Assembly (NCBI RefSeq): GCF_037042905.1
Contig: NC_087252.1
Span: forward strand, 26,910,001 to 26,974,000
Direction: 5' to 3'
Length of the DNA stretch: 64,000 nucleotides
Origin: Lytechinus pictus
Lineage: Eukaryota
Shown here: piece after piece, positions 38,620 to 51,643 of the stretch
Position numbering within the stretch: position 1 is the first letter of the stretch
How the letters are laid out: the number at the start of each line of letters is the position of its first letter
Made by a program: the position numbers and the translations under genes
The notes under the pieces: model-generated
The model's database searches: none
What the model was told of the DNA's origin: nothing
What the model saw: only the letters and a program-made list of their open reading frames with translations

Positions 38620-41196
38620 GTTTGGGGTTAGGTTTAGGATAAGGTACATGTTTAGTGCTAAATCCATGGTTGAACTTGGTGATTCCATTAGTGAATGGAA
38701 TTAACAGTCGAGCAATTGTCGCCAGAGCAAGTGTCATGGAACCTTTGCACAGAAGGTCCATTTGAACAGTGGATGTCCTTGTAGAGCATTTGTACATTGG
38801 TTTGTAGGCCTCCTACATTATTTGTTCTTGGATTTTTTTAAAGAGGTTTGGCTAGCCTACATTATAACCTAGGCGGAAGCTCAAGCTTTTTTCTTTGCCT
38901 TAACGAGTCTCGAGCTGTTACGTGAAACGTCAGCAGTATGTCTGATGCGGAAGATTACGAACCATGAAGCAGTGACTGCCTAGATACACTCAGAAATTGC
39001 CTTGCTTGTTTTTCCTGAAGAAAAGCCTGCACTGAATCATAGTCGATAAAAAGAAAATGAATCGTGTAGTCACTCCTCATCAGATGTTTCACTTATGATT
39101 AATGTTACAGCAAAGATGTAGGCTAAGTGCACTGTCTTACTAGGCCCGGGTTTGGAGGGCATTACAGCATCAAGAGAGTATGAGTATGTGTAGTCCAGAG
39201 CAATGAATACTGGTTCTGAATCTCAAAAAAGGGAGTCCTCATTAAGAAGAATGAGGGCTACATGAAGGAATTCGTAAATGGCACTCGATCGATCGTACCT
39301 CACTTGGTACTAGAGTGAGAAGGAACTTTGAAATGTAGTATTGGTGTGTGAGCTTGTTACACTTACAGAACATCCTTTGAGCAGTGTTGCACATGAATTG
39401 ATGTGGATTTTAGCTTAAAGGTAAATTGTGACATTGGTTTATTTCAAAACTTTCTTTTAGATTTCACTCTTCGCTTTTCAAAATACTCATAAACAAGTTC
39501 TGAGTCCATAAAATATATTGCATTGGCCAAAAGAACTGTTTTTATTCTCAAAAAAATATATAAAGAAGATAAATTTTACCAAGTGAGCTTTCTTTTGATG
39601 CAGATTTTGAAATGGACATAACAAATGAAGAGCGCCACCTTGAGACCAAATGACATCAATACCTGCTCATGAATATTCATATCCATCGCCTCTGCGCTTG
39701 TCTCACGTGCCGATCTGTACATACAGTACAGTATCGGATTGAACGGCGGAGTCTATTTGCGACTTTTTCATTCATTTCCTGTAGGAGCGTGTGCATTCGC
39801 GCAGTCCCTCGACGGCAAATTAAATAACTTGGAAACAACCAAGGAACTTTTTGAAATGACCATCATAATAATTGTGATGTTATGCACGTTGTTTTTCAAA
39901 TCGCGGAGAATAGGTCCTACGTACATCTTGATATCTGGGCAGGGTACCAGGTACCGAGAGACGGCTTTCCTTCCCTTTCTTTGTTTTTCATCTTTGCTTC
40001 GTTTCTCTAGCTGTATTTTTTTTTCTTTACTTGTCCAGGGTATGAAGGGAGGGAGAATTATGGTTGCTTGTGAAAGGGCTATTCTTATTTTTTTCCCGTT
40101 TTTTATTTCTATTTTATAATTATATTTACATACGCATTTTTGTTTCGATTCCGATTCACTGAATTGTTATCAATTTTCTTCAAGTTCTGTATTTTGATTT
40201 GTTCATTATTATAATGTGTTGTAACATTTTTTTTAAAGGAAAAGGAAATCATTTTGTATTGAACTAGCTTGGCCCCCATTTTTCATTATTTTGCTTTGTG
40301 CGTTATATAGGGCGAAAGATGCTCTTTCTCTTCCAGTGATTATTTGTCAATATACTGCCTCAATGTATTTATCACTAAAAAATGACAAATACCGCGTGGC
40401 CTATGCCTTTTTTTTAAACAATATATTCTGGGGCGGATCCAGCTTTCACTAATAACGGGGCCGGGGTGAACAATATTTTCATCCACATTTTTCCCGATCG
40501 ATCGGCAGCTCAAAGCTAGTTTTTGTTGGAATCTATAGTCGTAACAGTACTAAGCCCTATAAAAAATGCGAGCGTGAGGTATTATTTTCGGACTGTGTAT
40601 TGTGTCCTGAAAATTGATCTGAGCAATATGATCATTAAACAAGATGCACACTGACGGATAAGGTGCCCAAAAATTTGAATAAGTAAAGGCCTATTTAGTT
40701 CCCTTGTTCGTTTTACTATAAGCCCTTCAACAATGTTTCCGTGTTTTGTATTACATTGATCAGTTAATATTTCTTTATGTCTCATACTATTTTGATATGA
40801 ATTATACCTTGTTATTGTACTTGTTACTATGATTTTATATACTAATAACTCTGAACTTGTGAACCTGTTTACCCATGACTGAATGAATAAATCAATAAAT
40901 GAATTGGTATAGATGAATAGATGTTCCATCGAACAGGCAATGCGAACACAAAGCGCGGGCTAAATTGTTTTTGTACATGATTGGCTCCCACCCCTCCCCA
41001 AGTCTGAATTCCCCTCACCTTTTTTTATTCATTCTTCCTCTTATATTTTGTCCCCCCCCCCCTCTGCTTTCGTTCATATTACTTTGCGCCGCCAATATCG
41101 GGGGGGGGGGGGGGGGGCGTAACGTCGGCCTCCTGGATCCGCCTATGATACCGGTGCGTAGGTCTGTATGTTATAACAATGTATCATATATATATA

Positions 41197-41241
<45 letters not shown>

Positions 41242-41252
41242 ATATATATATA

Positions 41253-41663
41253 ATTTGATGAACCTCCAGTCAACCTTGTGAACTTGTGTTTATTATACAT
41301 ATATATAAATGTGTGAAGTTATACATGTACTACAGCTTTGGCAACTCTTTTATATTTAAATATTGTGTGAAAGAAATGGATGAAGAGAACAATGGTAGGC
41401 GTAGCTTAAATCAAGGTTCCCCAGAGCTATCTACCCTTTTTGGAAAAATTGGTGATGCCGAAAAAATGTCTCCGCCGGGAATCGAACCCGGGCCCCCAGC
41501 TTTGAACGCCGGTGCCTTAACCACTAGACCACAGAGACGGGTTAGTGGCTAGGGCGACCCCGATCCAATTGACCGTCAGATAGACAGATTTTCGACACCA
41601 TACCAATTATAATTTCCTTTGTCGGGTGAAGGTGGGTTTTGAACAATGACAAAGAACAATGAC
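41253..41663. mobile_element. ~410-bp cassette inserted in a (TA)n microsatellite, carrying a tRNA-like gene
   Basis: Bounded by (TA)n at ~41186-41252 and ~41664-41701; short direct repeat GAACAATGAC x2 at the right end; no TIR seen. Confidence 0.65.
41467..41538 (-). tRNA. tRNA-like gene (tRNA-Glu-type body, apparent UCA anticodon); functional status unknown
   Basis: Minus strand GTCTCTG TG GTCT AGTGGTTA AGGC A CCGGC GTTCAAA GCTGG GGGC CCGGG TTCGATT CCCGG CGGAGAC A folds into a full 72-nt cloverleaf; A and B boxes intact; TTTTTT directly follows. Confidence 0.7.
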
Positions 41664-41701
<38 letters not shown>

Positions 41702-42001
41702 TCGAGGACATACAGCTTTAGGCGGAACTATTTGGGGGAAGGGGTCTTCCATCTCTGTGTGATTCCGAAGTTCCGATGATGGTTCAGAGAATGTACTTCA
41801 TGCAAAATCACGTTTTGGCATGACCTCTCAGCGCTGGGCATATCGACGGACAAAAAAAATGCAAACATGTGATGGATCGAAATGGTAAAAAATATATGTT
41901 TTAAAGAAAACCATCGTTATAAAATGCAGTCATACCAACATTTTTTTGTTAATACCAGTTTGAACTTAGATAAAAATTATAACCCGATGCTATATTAGCA
42001 G

Positions 42002-42984
42002 CAGGGGCGGCGGAAGCGGGGGGCGGCAGGGGCACTTAACCCCCTACATAAAAAATCCCAGTAGGAAAAAAATGCCTTTTTTAAATGGAGAGTGCACTTA
42101 TTTCAAAATGATGTACATGTATGTCCCTTTTCAAAATAAAATACCTTTTTTGAAGTCAAACGATACATTTTAGGTTGGAAATCACAAATTTTTTGGCTCG
42201 CGCTTCGCGCCCACATCATTTATTTTTTAGGAAGGCACTCACTTTGTTTTGGTTACAACTTGTGCTTATAATGTTCAATTTTCAGGTTTAAATGTCACAA
42301 ATCTTCAGCTCGCGCTTTCCGCTCGCATCAAAGGTACACATTATGTTCTCGGTTTCAAACTGCTTAGAATATCCAGTTTTCAGGTTGAAATATTACAAAT
42401 TTTCGGCTCGCGCTTCGCATCAATTATTATTTATTAAGACACACAATTAAGTTCTTGGGGTTAAAAAAGTGCTTAGAATGTCCAGTTTTCTGGTTGGAAT
42501 ATCGCGCTCGCGTCCATTCTTCAATTAGATGCACATCTTTTTCATAACAAAATTGCTCGGAATGTTTGATTTTCATGTCTTATTAGTCATGTTAGTACAA
42601 GCAATGTCTAGAATTTATAGCTCGCGATTTGCGCTCTGAACACCTCGCAAGAATGCTCTTTTAACAATAATTTGCGCGATTTGACCAAAAAGCGGCGAGT
42701 TTCACAACTTCAGATTTGAAAATGTTCAAACTGCTTGCTTGCTACGCTCGCTCCCGGAAAAATAAAGCCTAAATAGATATTTTATCAATAAGAAAAGACT
42801 TTAAAAAGGTTTTGCTCAATTTAATTACTACAAAACGCACAACTACTTAACACAGATGATAATCTCATGGTGAAAATATCAGTTTGCATAAAAAATGCAA
42901 ATTTTGCATATAAGTGCCTTTTTTGGCTTTGCCCACCCCAAAAAAAATAATAAATAAAATTGAAAATACGTTCCGTCGCCTATG
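42002..42984. mobile_element. hAT-like non-autonomous element with internal CTCGCGCTTCGCG repeats
   Basis: CAGGGGCGGCGGAAGC ... GTTCCGTCGCCTATG; 8-bp flanks ATTAGCAG / ATTAGCAC. Confidence 0.78.
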
Positions 42985-43379
42985 ATTAGCACCTATGGCA
43001 CTCGCTGGTATTTTAATATATCATCATTTACACCCTCTCAAAGAAAGCAGACTTACTTTTGCCCTTTATTTTGCCCACAATGGAACTTACAGGAAAGCAT
43101 ATATCAAACAGGATGCAAATGGAGGTCTATTCAGCCGGACGTTATTTATACGGTTTGGAGTTTGGATTCTTGTTTGCCTAGAAAACGTAAAGTATTTCAA
43201 GAGTTTTTATATTTTCATTACATCTTTGTCCTTATTTCTCTATATCCGTAGCTCTACCATGGGCGTATTCGGGGTCGCCAAAATAGGGAGAAAAGGGAAG
43301 GAAAGAAAAGGGGAGGAAAAGGGAGGGGAGAGAAGAGAAAGGGGGCAAGAAAGAGAGGAGGGAAAAAAGAAGCGCCGCA

Positions 43380-44040
43380 TTGGTGTTCGACCTAGGGGGG
43401 GGGGGGGGCGAATCAATAATCGACCTAGGGGCGCCGAATTTAAGTCCAACATAGATAGGGGAGCCGAATTATGGTTCGAAATAAGGGGCGTCGAGTTGAT
43501 ATCCGACCTAGGGGGCGCCGAATTGATGTTCGACCTAGGGGGCGCCAAATTGATGTTCAACCTAGGAAGGGGGGGGGGAGGAAATTGATGTTTTACCTCG
43601 AGGAGCCGTATAGATGTTCGACATAGGAGGGTGCCGAATCGAAGTTCGACATAGGGGCACCAAGGGGGCGCCGAATCGATATTTTTTTCGTAGGGTTGAC
43701 GAATTGCTGTTTGACATGGGGGGGGGGTGGATGCGCCGAATTGATGTTCCTAGGGGGGGGGGTGAATTAATGTTTTACCTCGGGGCGCCGTATAGATGTT
43801 CGACATAGGGGCACCGAAATGATGTTTAACCTTGGGGATGGGGCGCCGAATAATTATTTTTCCTATATACGGTTGTCGAGTTGCTGTTTGACATATAGGG
43901 GCGCCGAATTGATGTTCAACCTAGGTGGTGCCGAATGGATATTCACCACACGCCAATTTGATATTTGTCTCGGTGCATCAAATTCAGGTTCAATTTACCT
44001 AGGGAGGGGAGGGGGTGCCAAACTCATGTTTGCTCCCATC
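43380..44040. repeat. Minisatellite, ~29-30-bp unit (GATGTTCGACCTAGGGGGCGCCGAATT)
   Basis: About 20 diverged copies; source of the GAEL-repeat ORFs 42995-44061. Confidence 0.9.
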
Positions 44041-44049
44041 AATTACCAA

Positions 44050-44820
44050 TCCTGTTCATGATTACCAAAAGTGCCTAGAAAGTCCTAATTTTAGATCAGA
44101 ATATAAAAACAAATTCATCCTACTCTTCGCATTAATTGTTTAGTAAGGTGGCGATCCTGTTCATGGTAAGATAAGTGCTTAGAATGTCTGACTTTGTATC
44201 AAAATATATAGATTTTTATTCAGCTCGCGCTTCGCGCTCGCATAAACTGTTTTGTTACTGATCATCCTTTTCATGATAACCGAAAATGCTTACTCAAATG
44301 TCCAAATTTTAGGTAAGAATATGAAAAAAATTTCATCTCGCTCTTTGCGGACGCATCAATGTTTAGTTAGATGACAATCCTGTTCATGATTACCAAAAGT
44401 GCTTAGAATGTCCAAATTTTAGGTCAAAATATCAATCACTTTTTAAGCTCGCACTTCGCACTCGCACAAATTTACGAGGTGAGAATATCAAAAAATTTGA
44501 ACTCGCGCTTAGCGCTCGCATTAATTATTTAGCTATATACCCATCCTGTTCATGGTTATAAAAAGTGCTTATGATGTCCAGTGTTGGATTGGGAATTCAA
44601 AAATTGTCAGTTCGCACTTCGTGATCGCATAAAATGTTGATAGATACCCATCCTGTTCTTGATTGCCAAAAGTGCTCATAGATTTCCCCCCCAAAAAAAA
44701 TTTTAGGTCAGAATATAAAAAAAATTCAGCTCACGTTTCGCGCTCGTATCAATAATAATTGTTTAAATAATTCATATACATATCATGTTCACGGTTGCAA
44801 AAAGCGTAGAATGTTTGATC
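44050..44820. repeat. ~110-120-bp tandem repeat (ATCCTGTTCATG..AAAAGTGCTTAGAATGTCC..CTCGCGCTTCGCGCTCGCA)
   Basis: Six to seven diverged units; same motif family as inside 42002-42984. Confidence 0.82.
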
Positions 44821-45067
44821 GGAAAACAGATGAAAATATCCCCCTCCCCTATTGGCGAAAGCTGGATCTAGCCCCGGTTAAGAAATTACAGCTCCCGCAC
44901 ATAATTTTAGTATGGTCTACCACTCTGATGAAAAGTTGAACTAAATTGAAACCCCAAAACGCTTAAAAATTTTATGCTTTCTGGTCGCATTTATTCTTTT
45001 CAAGAAGTGGATACAACTTTGATCTTTTTTACATGGACACGTTACAAAAAATGGTCTTCGATTGCCT

Positions 45068-47404
45068 TTTTCACGTGGTTGTGGAATAAGACAATTCAAA
45101 ATGCATTTAGGCACTTTGATTGCTTGAGTGGTCGGGTCGGGGTGCAATTTTCCGAAAAGTTCACAGGGGCGCAAAAATAGTGACCCCCTCGTGGTGCAAA
45201 ATCCTGGATATGCGCATGTCCGTCGGGCATCGTTTCCACTTTTGTACCTCTTTATCTATACCGGTGTGATACTATATAAGTCCATGGATCAGATCAGTTT
45301 ACTTCCATTTCGTCTGATGCCAAATCGTCAAATTGCCAACTCGCCTACTATCATTAAAGTCTACCATAATTATGCTCATCCACTATCGTCTAGTAACCAG
45401 TTGGTCCAATAGCCATTTAGTCCATATACCATTTGGTCTAATTGGACAACGTGCTATTGTGCAAAATGAATGAAAATGAATTGGATACTGGACCAAATAG
45501 TTGTTCGACGAAATATTGATGGACGGAATGGATATGGACTAAATTAAATCAGACCATGTGGTGAGTGCAAGTTGGCACTTGGCAGTCGACGACTTGGTAA
45601 TTTACCAATGGACCTACTAGGCCACTAAATTGAACTTGTCCGAGTGTGCCATAACACCTAAACTGCATGCTTTCTCATATCCGATACCCCCCCCCCCCCA
45701 TCCCCCGCCGCCCCAAGAAAGGGAAGGGGGGCATGGAGGAGAGAGAAGAAAGAAAGAAAGAAGTAGATTGTTGAAAGGGAATCAAAAGAATATGAATCAG
45801 AGGGAATGTAAACGCAATATAATACTCTGTTTGAATCGCTTCTCTTTCATGGAATTTATATTTTGAATAGATCGTTTCATTTCAGTCTTTCTCATTATTT
45901 TACTTTCAACCCTGTATTTCATCAGCTTTACTATCAAAAGCCTGCGTAGCGAATTACAAAACGTCCCATCCTTGTTTCACCACCCATGACATTACGTAAT
46001 TATCATTTTATTATTATCATGTAATGAAATTCATACTGTGTTTACACGCTGCATCTGCTGTCAGTTTGACTACCTTGTAAATATTTATTTACAAGGCAAA
46101 GCTTATTTCCAAGGTAATATTTATTTACAAGGTAAAGCCTATTTCCCCACTGGAAAATAGCTTTAGAGCTTTCGTGGGTCATCCTGTGTAAGCCTGTTGT
46201 TTTTAATGCTACTGTATATATATTATGGTGACTTGCGAAATAAAATCAATCAATCAATATTTTTTGACGATATCCAGTTGAAATCAGTGGCGTTCAAAAT
46301 AATGGGGAAGGATTGGGGCTATATGGATTCCCAAATTTGTCACGGCCAATACAAAAAGAAAGCGAGAAGGGGAACTAATATCTGAATATTATGTCAAAAT
46401 CTATCACCGATAAAAAATGATTTGTGCCCGACACATATATCTGGCCCCTTAATTCAAATTTTTTACGCCAATGGTTGTATTCATGAATAGTTCAAGCATG
46501 GTTCCTAACATCTTTCTGTATTTTTCACGTGATTATGAAATACGATAATTCAAACTGCATTTACGGCACCTATGATTCCCTGGCTGGGCGGGTCGGGGTG
46601 CCATTTTACGAAAAGTTCAGAGGGGCGCCAAAATAGTCAGGCTCAATCCTGGATACGCACATGTCCGTTGGGCATCGTTTCCAACATTGTACCTCCTTAT
46701 CTATACCGGCGTGATAATAGGCGCTAAGTCCATGGATCGGATCGGTTTACTTTTATTTCGTCCGATGCCAAATCGTCCAATTGCCAACTCGTCTAATATC
46801 ATTTGGTCTACCATCAGTTCGTTCACTATCCACATGGCCTATGTACATACATGCCATTCCGTCTAATAACCAGTTGATCCAGTTGAATATATATCGTTTC
46901 AGCCTTTCTCATTATTTTACTGCATAGCGAATTACAAAACGTCCTATCCTCGTTTCTGCTAACTGCACAAGACATTATTTATAATTTTATTATTATCATG
47001 CAATGAAATTTATACTGTTTTACACGCTGCGTCGGCTGCCCACTTGACTACCTTGTATTCAGTTGAAATCGGTGGCGTTCAAAATAAGGCCTAGGGCTAT
47101 ATGGATTCCCAAATTTGTCACGCCCCCCCCCCCCCCAAAAAAAAAGGAAAGAGAGAAGGAAAACTATTATCTGAATACCGGGTCTGAATATCATGTCAAA
47201 ATCTATCGTAGATTACAAAAAAAAATCAAGATTTGTGCCCTATATGCCCTTCATATTTATTTATGTTCATTATTTACGCCACTGGTTGAAATTAAATACA
47301 ACTGAAAACATTTTCCCTTTTTATCATTGCATTATACATCATGAATAGTGAAAGCATGGAGCTATATGGTGAAAGCATGTTCATAACATCTTTCTGTATT
47401 TTTC
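45068..47404 (+). repeat. Old head-to-tail segmental duplication (copy A ~45068-46525, copy B ~46523-47404)
   Basis: Collinear blocks GGGTCGGGGTGC..., AGCGAATTACAAAACGTCC..., GGGCTATATGGATTCCCAAATTTGTCACG, TAACATCTTTCTGTATTTTTC each occur twice in the same order; copy B has internal deletions. Confidence 0.85.
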
Positions 47405-50319
47405 GCTGTTTATACAATTCCTAAACTCAGGTTTTGTGTATTCCTTATGTTCGCATTCTCAATGTTATTTTTCTCTTTAGTTCAATATTATTCTCTCCAA
47501 TTAACTTTATTATGGTATGCCTTTTCAGGAAAGTATTACTTGTTTGCTTGCCCCATGACCGCTTTACCTTTTGCAGATCGGCGTGTCTCTCAGTGAGTAC
47601 TCTGAAATATCTCCTTGACCCCCCCCCCCCTGGAGTTGTAAAACACCCATAAAGGCAAAATATTATATTTTTTTTCGTCAACATATTTGCATCACATCAC
47701 CATAAAGTAAATACATCAGAATAAGCGTACACCCATTGAACCTCGCCAGAAGGGGCTTGCAAAAAATTTCATTTTTTTCGAAAGTCATCACCACCACTAT
47801 GCACGATTGGCCTTTCATACCAACTGATAGCCAAAATAGTTGAACCATATTCCAACACTTTCTATATACGATCAATACGATCGCCTTGACTGATTTGATA
47901 CTTTCTGATACGACTAATTATTCCCCGATTGTATGCCCCTTGGAAGCGGGGGTGCTGGGGATGCGGCGTGTATTATTTTCTACAGGCATGCAGCACCCCC
48001 TGGAATTATGGTAGGTGTCAAATTGGAGAAATGTATGGAATATGACCAACATTTCGTGTCAGAACCTTTCTTATGTTTTTATTTTGCTTTGTTAAATTTT
48101 CTTCAGCACGTAACCCCAGCAAAAATAAATCCTGAGTGTGAACTGAGCACATTTCTTTTCTCAACCATCAAAATGATTATCATATTATTTTCCCAATCAG
48201 TTGTAAAATGTCGAAACGCCGGAATCTCCTTGGTCCCAACCCCACGGGCAATCCCAATATGAAAAAATACACTTCCTCTGCTATAAAACAACAGTTATCA
48301 TTCCCTTTTTCCTTTATATATAACAGGAAAATGGGAGTTCCACTTCCCGGTTAATTCCACTTTCATTGCTAAATAAGTCAATCAAGATGCGAGTGATGTT
48401 TTTGTCCTGATCGTGTCGCCACGCTCCACAGTCATTCAGATTTTTTCAACAGTTGAACTGCTCGTGCACACACTGTATGCGTAGGCCTATCTGCCTCTCA
48501 TTTGTTGCAATAAAAGTTCATCTTTCCATCTGTATTTTTTTGTTTATTGTTTATTTAATAAGGGTTAGCTAATTCAACAAAAGCTCCCATGGGGCGCCCC
48601 TATCTATTACTTTGTCATTGGTATCCATGTCTATCCATTCTTGGGCCATCGGATGATCCATTCATATATGCCTATTCCTCCATCTTTTCATTCTTTCAGT
48701 CATCCATCCATCCACCGATGAATTGATTATAGGCTACCTCACCCTCCCCCACTGGAGAAATGCTCTGCGACCAAATTTCTGGAAATCCTATTGATACACG
48801 TTGAAAGCCGACGTAAATTACTAGTACATGTGCAATCCCCTCGGACGTTGCTTCTCCAAGTTTGCTTAGTCTTCTTTTACGTACTTCGTTGCCCTGTTTC
48901 CCACTGCGTGACTTGTAAAGTTCTGTTGTAAAACATGCTGGTCGCCCCCTTGATCGGCTCTGCACTGAAATTCACCCCTCTGCATACGTATATAGAGTGG
49001 TTCTACCGTAGATCATAGCGCCGTGCAATATTGAATATACTCAACTTCTCCTTATTCCATATCTAGGTATCTTGGGTGGCTGCAACAATAAGAGTTTTCC
49101 GAGAAATCTTGCCCATTACGTCTGCCCCCCGGTTTTTTTTTACTTTTTAATTTTATTTTTTTTCTCATGACGCCTGTAAAGATTAACCAAATAACACTTT
49201 ATTCGAAATTTGCAACTGCATTGGTCGCATACACACACTACAAAGGTCTACATGATGTAGACTACGCTACGTACATACTTTGCATCAACGGGTTTCTCCG
49301 CTCACCTTTTGACCTCGCAAGTTCAGTCTAAACAAACGAATAATAATCAAGTTGTGTTGCATTGCACCTACTTTCATGTCAATAATGTGTGTCCTCATTG
49401 TCCTATCAACTTGATTTATCTTCCTTTTATGTTTTATTATTCTGTTTCCCGCCCCGAAAATTGTTTTTCTCTTCGCCCTTCCCTTTCTTCATACTCGGCC
49501 CTAGACAGGATGGGGGGTGGTCGTCTATTTAGAGTTTTAAACCACTTTTGTTTTAGCTTTTTATCAAACTTTTCCTCTGTAATTGGTGTGTGGAGCCAAA
49601 TAATCTGAAACTGACTGAAACGCTATAGAATATATGATATCATGATTTTAGGAAAGATCAACGATTTAAAAATATACAAAAAATTAGGGTATGTTGTGTT
49701 CACATTCTCTTTTTGATCGTTCTCCCTATTCTCCTTCAGCGATCCACTTCTTTCTTTCTTCTCTCTCCTCCCTCCCTCTTCCCTTTGGGGAGGGCCATGG
49801 AGTCAGTATAGTAAGTTATCGCCTCGCTCTGAGACCGATTTCCCGTACCTAGTACCCCAAGCTATGTGGAGGGAACTGAAAGGGTGCATAAAGAGCTACG
49901 ATCCGACATTAAAAAAATCAAACTCGGTCCTTGCTTTCTCCGGGATTCCTTGTATCTCTTTTAGTCTTGGAGTACATTCAGATTCATGACATACAATCCC
50001 TACAGTAAGCCGTATTGCGTAGTCATTCACGTCCGCTCATCAACGTGTCTGAAGTTTCATGTAGGGCATGCTCGTATGTCTTTGGTATATATACAGTGTG
50101 TATGTGCTGCAGGACGATTTTTATTGATTGGACAAACCAAAGGGGCAAACCCTATCGGACCGTACCCCCGCCCGCACACACAACGAATACACACACGCCC
50201 TCCACTGATTCACTTACCCCCAGTGATTCAACTAACACAGTGATTCACTTTACCCATTGATTTACTTTCCCCGGCTATTCAGGGGTGTGTGTATGCATGT
50301 TATGGGGATGTAGTGTGTT

Positions 50320-50530
50320 GTGTGTTCGGCAGTCCAGGAGGTGGACTTCAGTATCAGCAGCCAGTGGCCGCCTAACCATCGGCGCATTGTGCATGCAGCG
50401 TCCGGTGCATGACTTCCACCCTGCTCTCGCTACGCGTTTAGCATTCGTCGATAATGCGCATGCGCCATGACGTATTTATGAATATCCACGATGTTATAAT
50501 GAATATGCATGAATCAAACGGCGTTCTAAT
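50320..50530. promoter_or_regulatory. Candidate promoter/enhancer (CpG-rich, NRF1-like and CRE-like motifs)
   Basis: TGCGCATGCGC at 50455-50465, ATGACGTA adjacent, ATGAATATGCAT at ~50499; unique CpG-rich sequence in an AT-rich background. Confidence 0.4.
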
Positions 50531-51058
50531 ATCAATTTATTTTCTAACTCGAGAGGGCGGAAACAAATTGAATAGGTTAACCGATCCCTATAATATATAT
50601 ATTTCACCCCTCAATATCACCAAAACAGAAGAGTTATACCAATTTCTGTTGAGTGCTAAAGTAGAGCATTGATATAGATATTTAATGAAAAAAATATATT
50701 CACAATTGATTCACTGCCCTTGTCTGATATGAACCAATCATACACTATACCTTTAACATTCCCAGACAATGACATGGGCCATGCATTTAATGAGGCAGGC
50801 CAGCTTTTCATCCTTCTCCCTTGGGGAAACAGAAGGATACATTCAATCAATGTGACATTCAATCATAATGTTATTTCAAGGTCTCGAGGAACAGTATCTA
50901 CCATTGTTCCGTTAATCATTGTAAACCACACTCACTGACTTCCTTGTTAACTCCAGGCAAACATTTTCTCTTTGACTTTACTAGATTGAAAAATGTTTCT
51001 CCTATTATAGTATTGGCTTTGTAGATTTATTTACCTTCTTGCAGTACTACATACCATG

Positions 51059-51478
51059 GGTAAATTGCCAATTCATCAACTCTCAACCCGTCCATTCACC
51101 AATTGGTCTGCTTTCATTTAGTCTAATGACATTTCGTCTAACATCCATTTGGTCCAATCATCACTTTGGTCCAATCATCACTTTGTCTAATCACCATTTC
51201 ATTTATGACCATTCCGTCTCGTAAACAGTTAGTCTAATATCCAATTCATTTTCATTCATTTTGCACAATTAACACTTAGTTCAATAAGACCAAATGGTAT
51301 ATGCCTATATGGACTAGGTATAAAATGGTTATTAGACCAACTGGTTATTAGACGAAATGGTGAGTGAACAAAATGGAAATTAGACCATGTGGATAGTGGA
51401 CGAAGTGATGGTAGACCGAATGGTAGTAGATGAGTTTGCAATTGGACGAATTGGCATTAGACCAATTAAAAATGCACC
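51059..51478. mobile_element. MITE-like element built from inverted CCATTTGGTC/GACCAAATGG short repeats
   Basis: Left half has CCA(A/T)TT(G/C)GTC units and right half has their reverse complements; relative at ~45295-45606. Confidence 0.65.
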
Positions 51479-51643
51479 GGAGGACGACATATCCCAAGGA
51501 GGTATTATTACTTTGATAAAGTGAAAACTTCTTGTATATGCTACTCATAATGCTATTCCTTTTGTTCTATCTTAATGTCCTTCTTCCTACTGCTCTTACT
51601 ACTGCTACTACTGCTCTTTACGTATGAAAGATGAAAGAACAAA

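Noticed and set aside
41467..41538. Selenocysteine tRNA
   Set aside because: UCA anticodon, but only 72 nt with a 4-nt variable loop and standard 7/5 stems, unlike tRNA-Sec
42995..43588. Longest ORF (197 aa) as a gene
   Set aside because: Made of AT-rich sequence, a purine tract and a 30-bp minisatellite; no domain signature
48696..48965. Minus-strand coding exon with a donor near 48740
   Set aside because: No recognisable protein similarity, no ATG start and no partner exons found; could at most be a UTR exon
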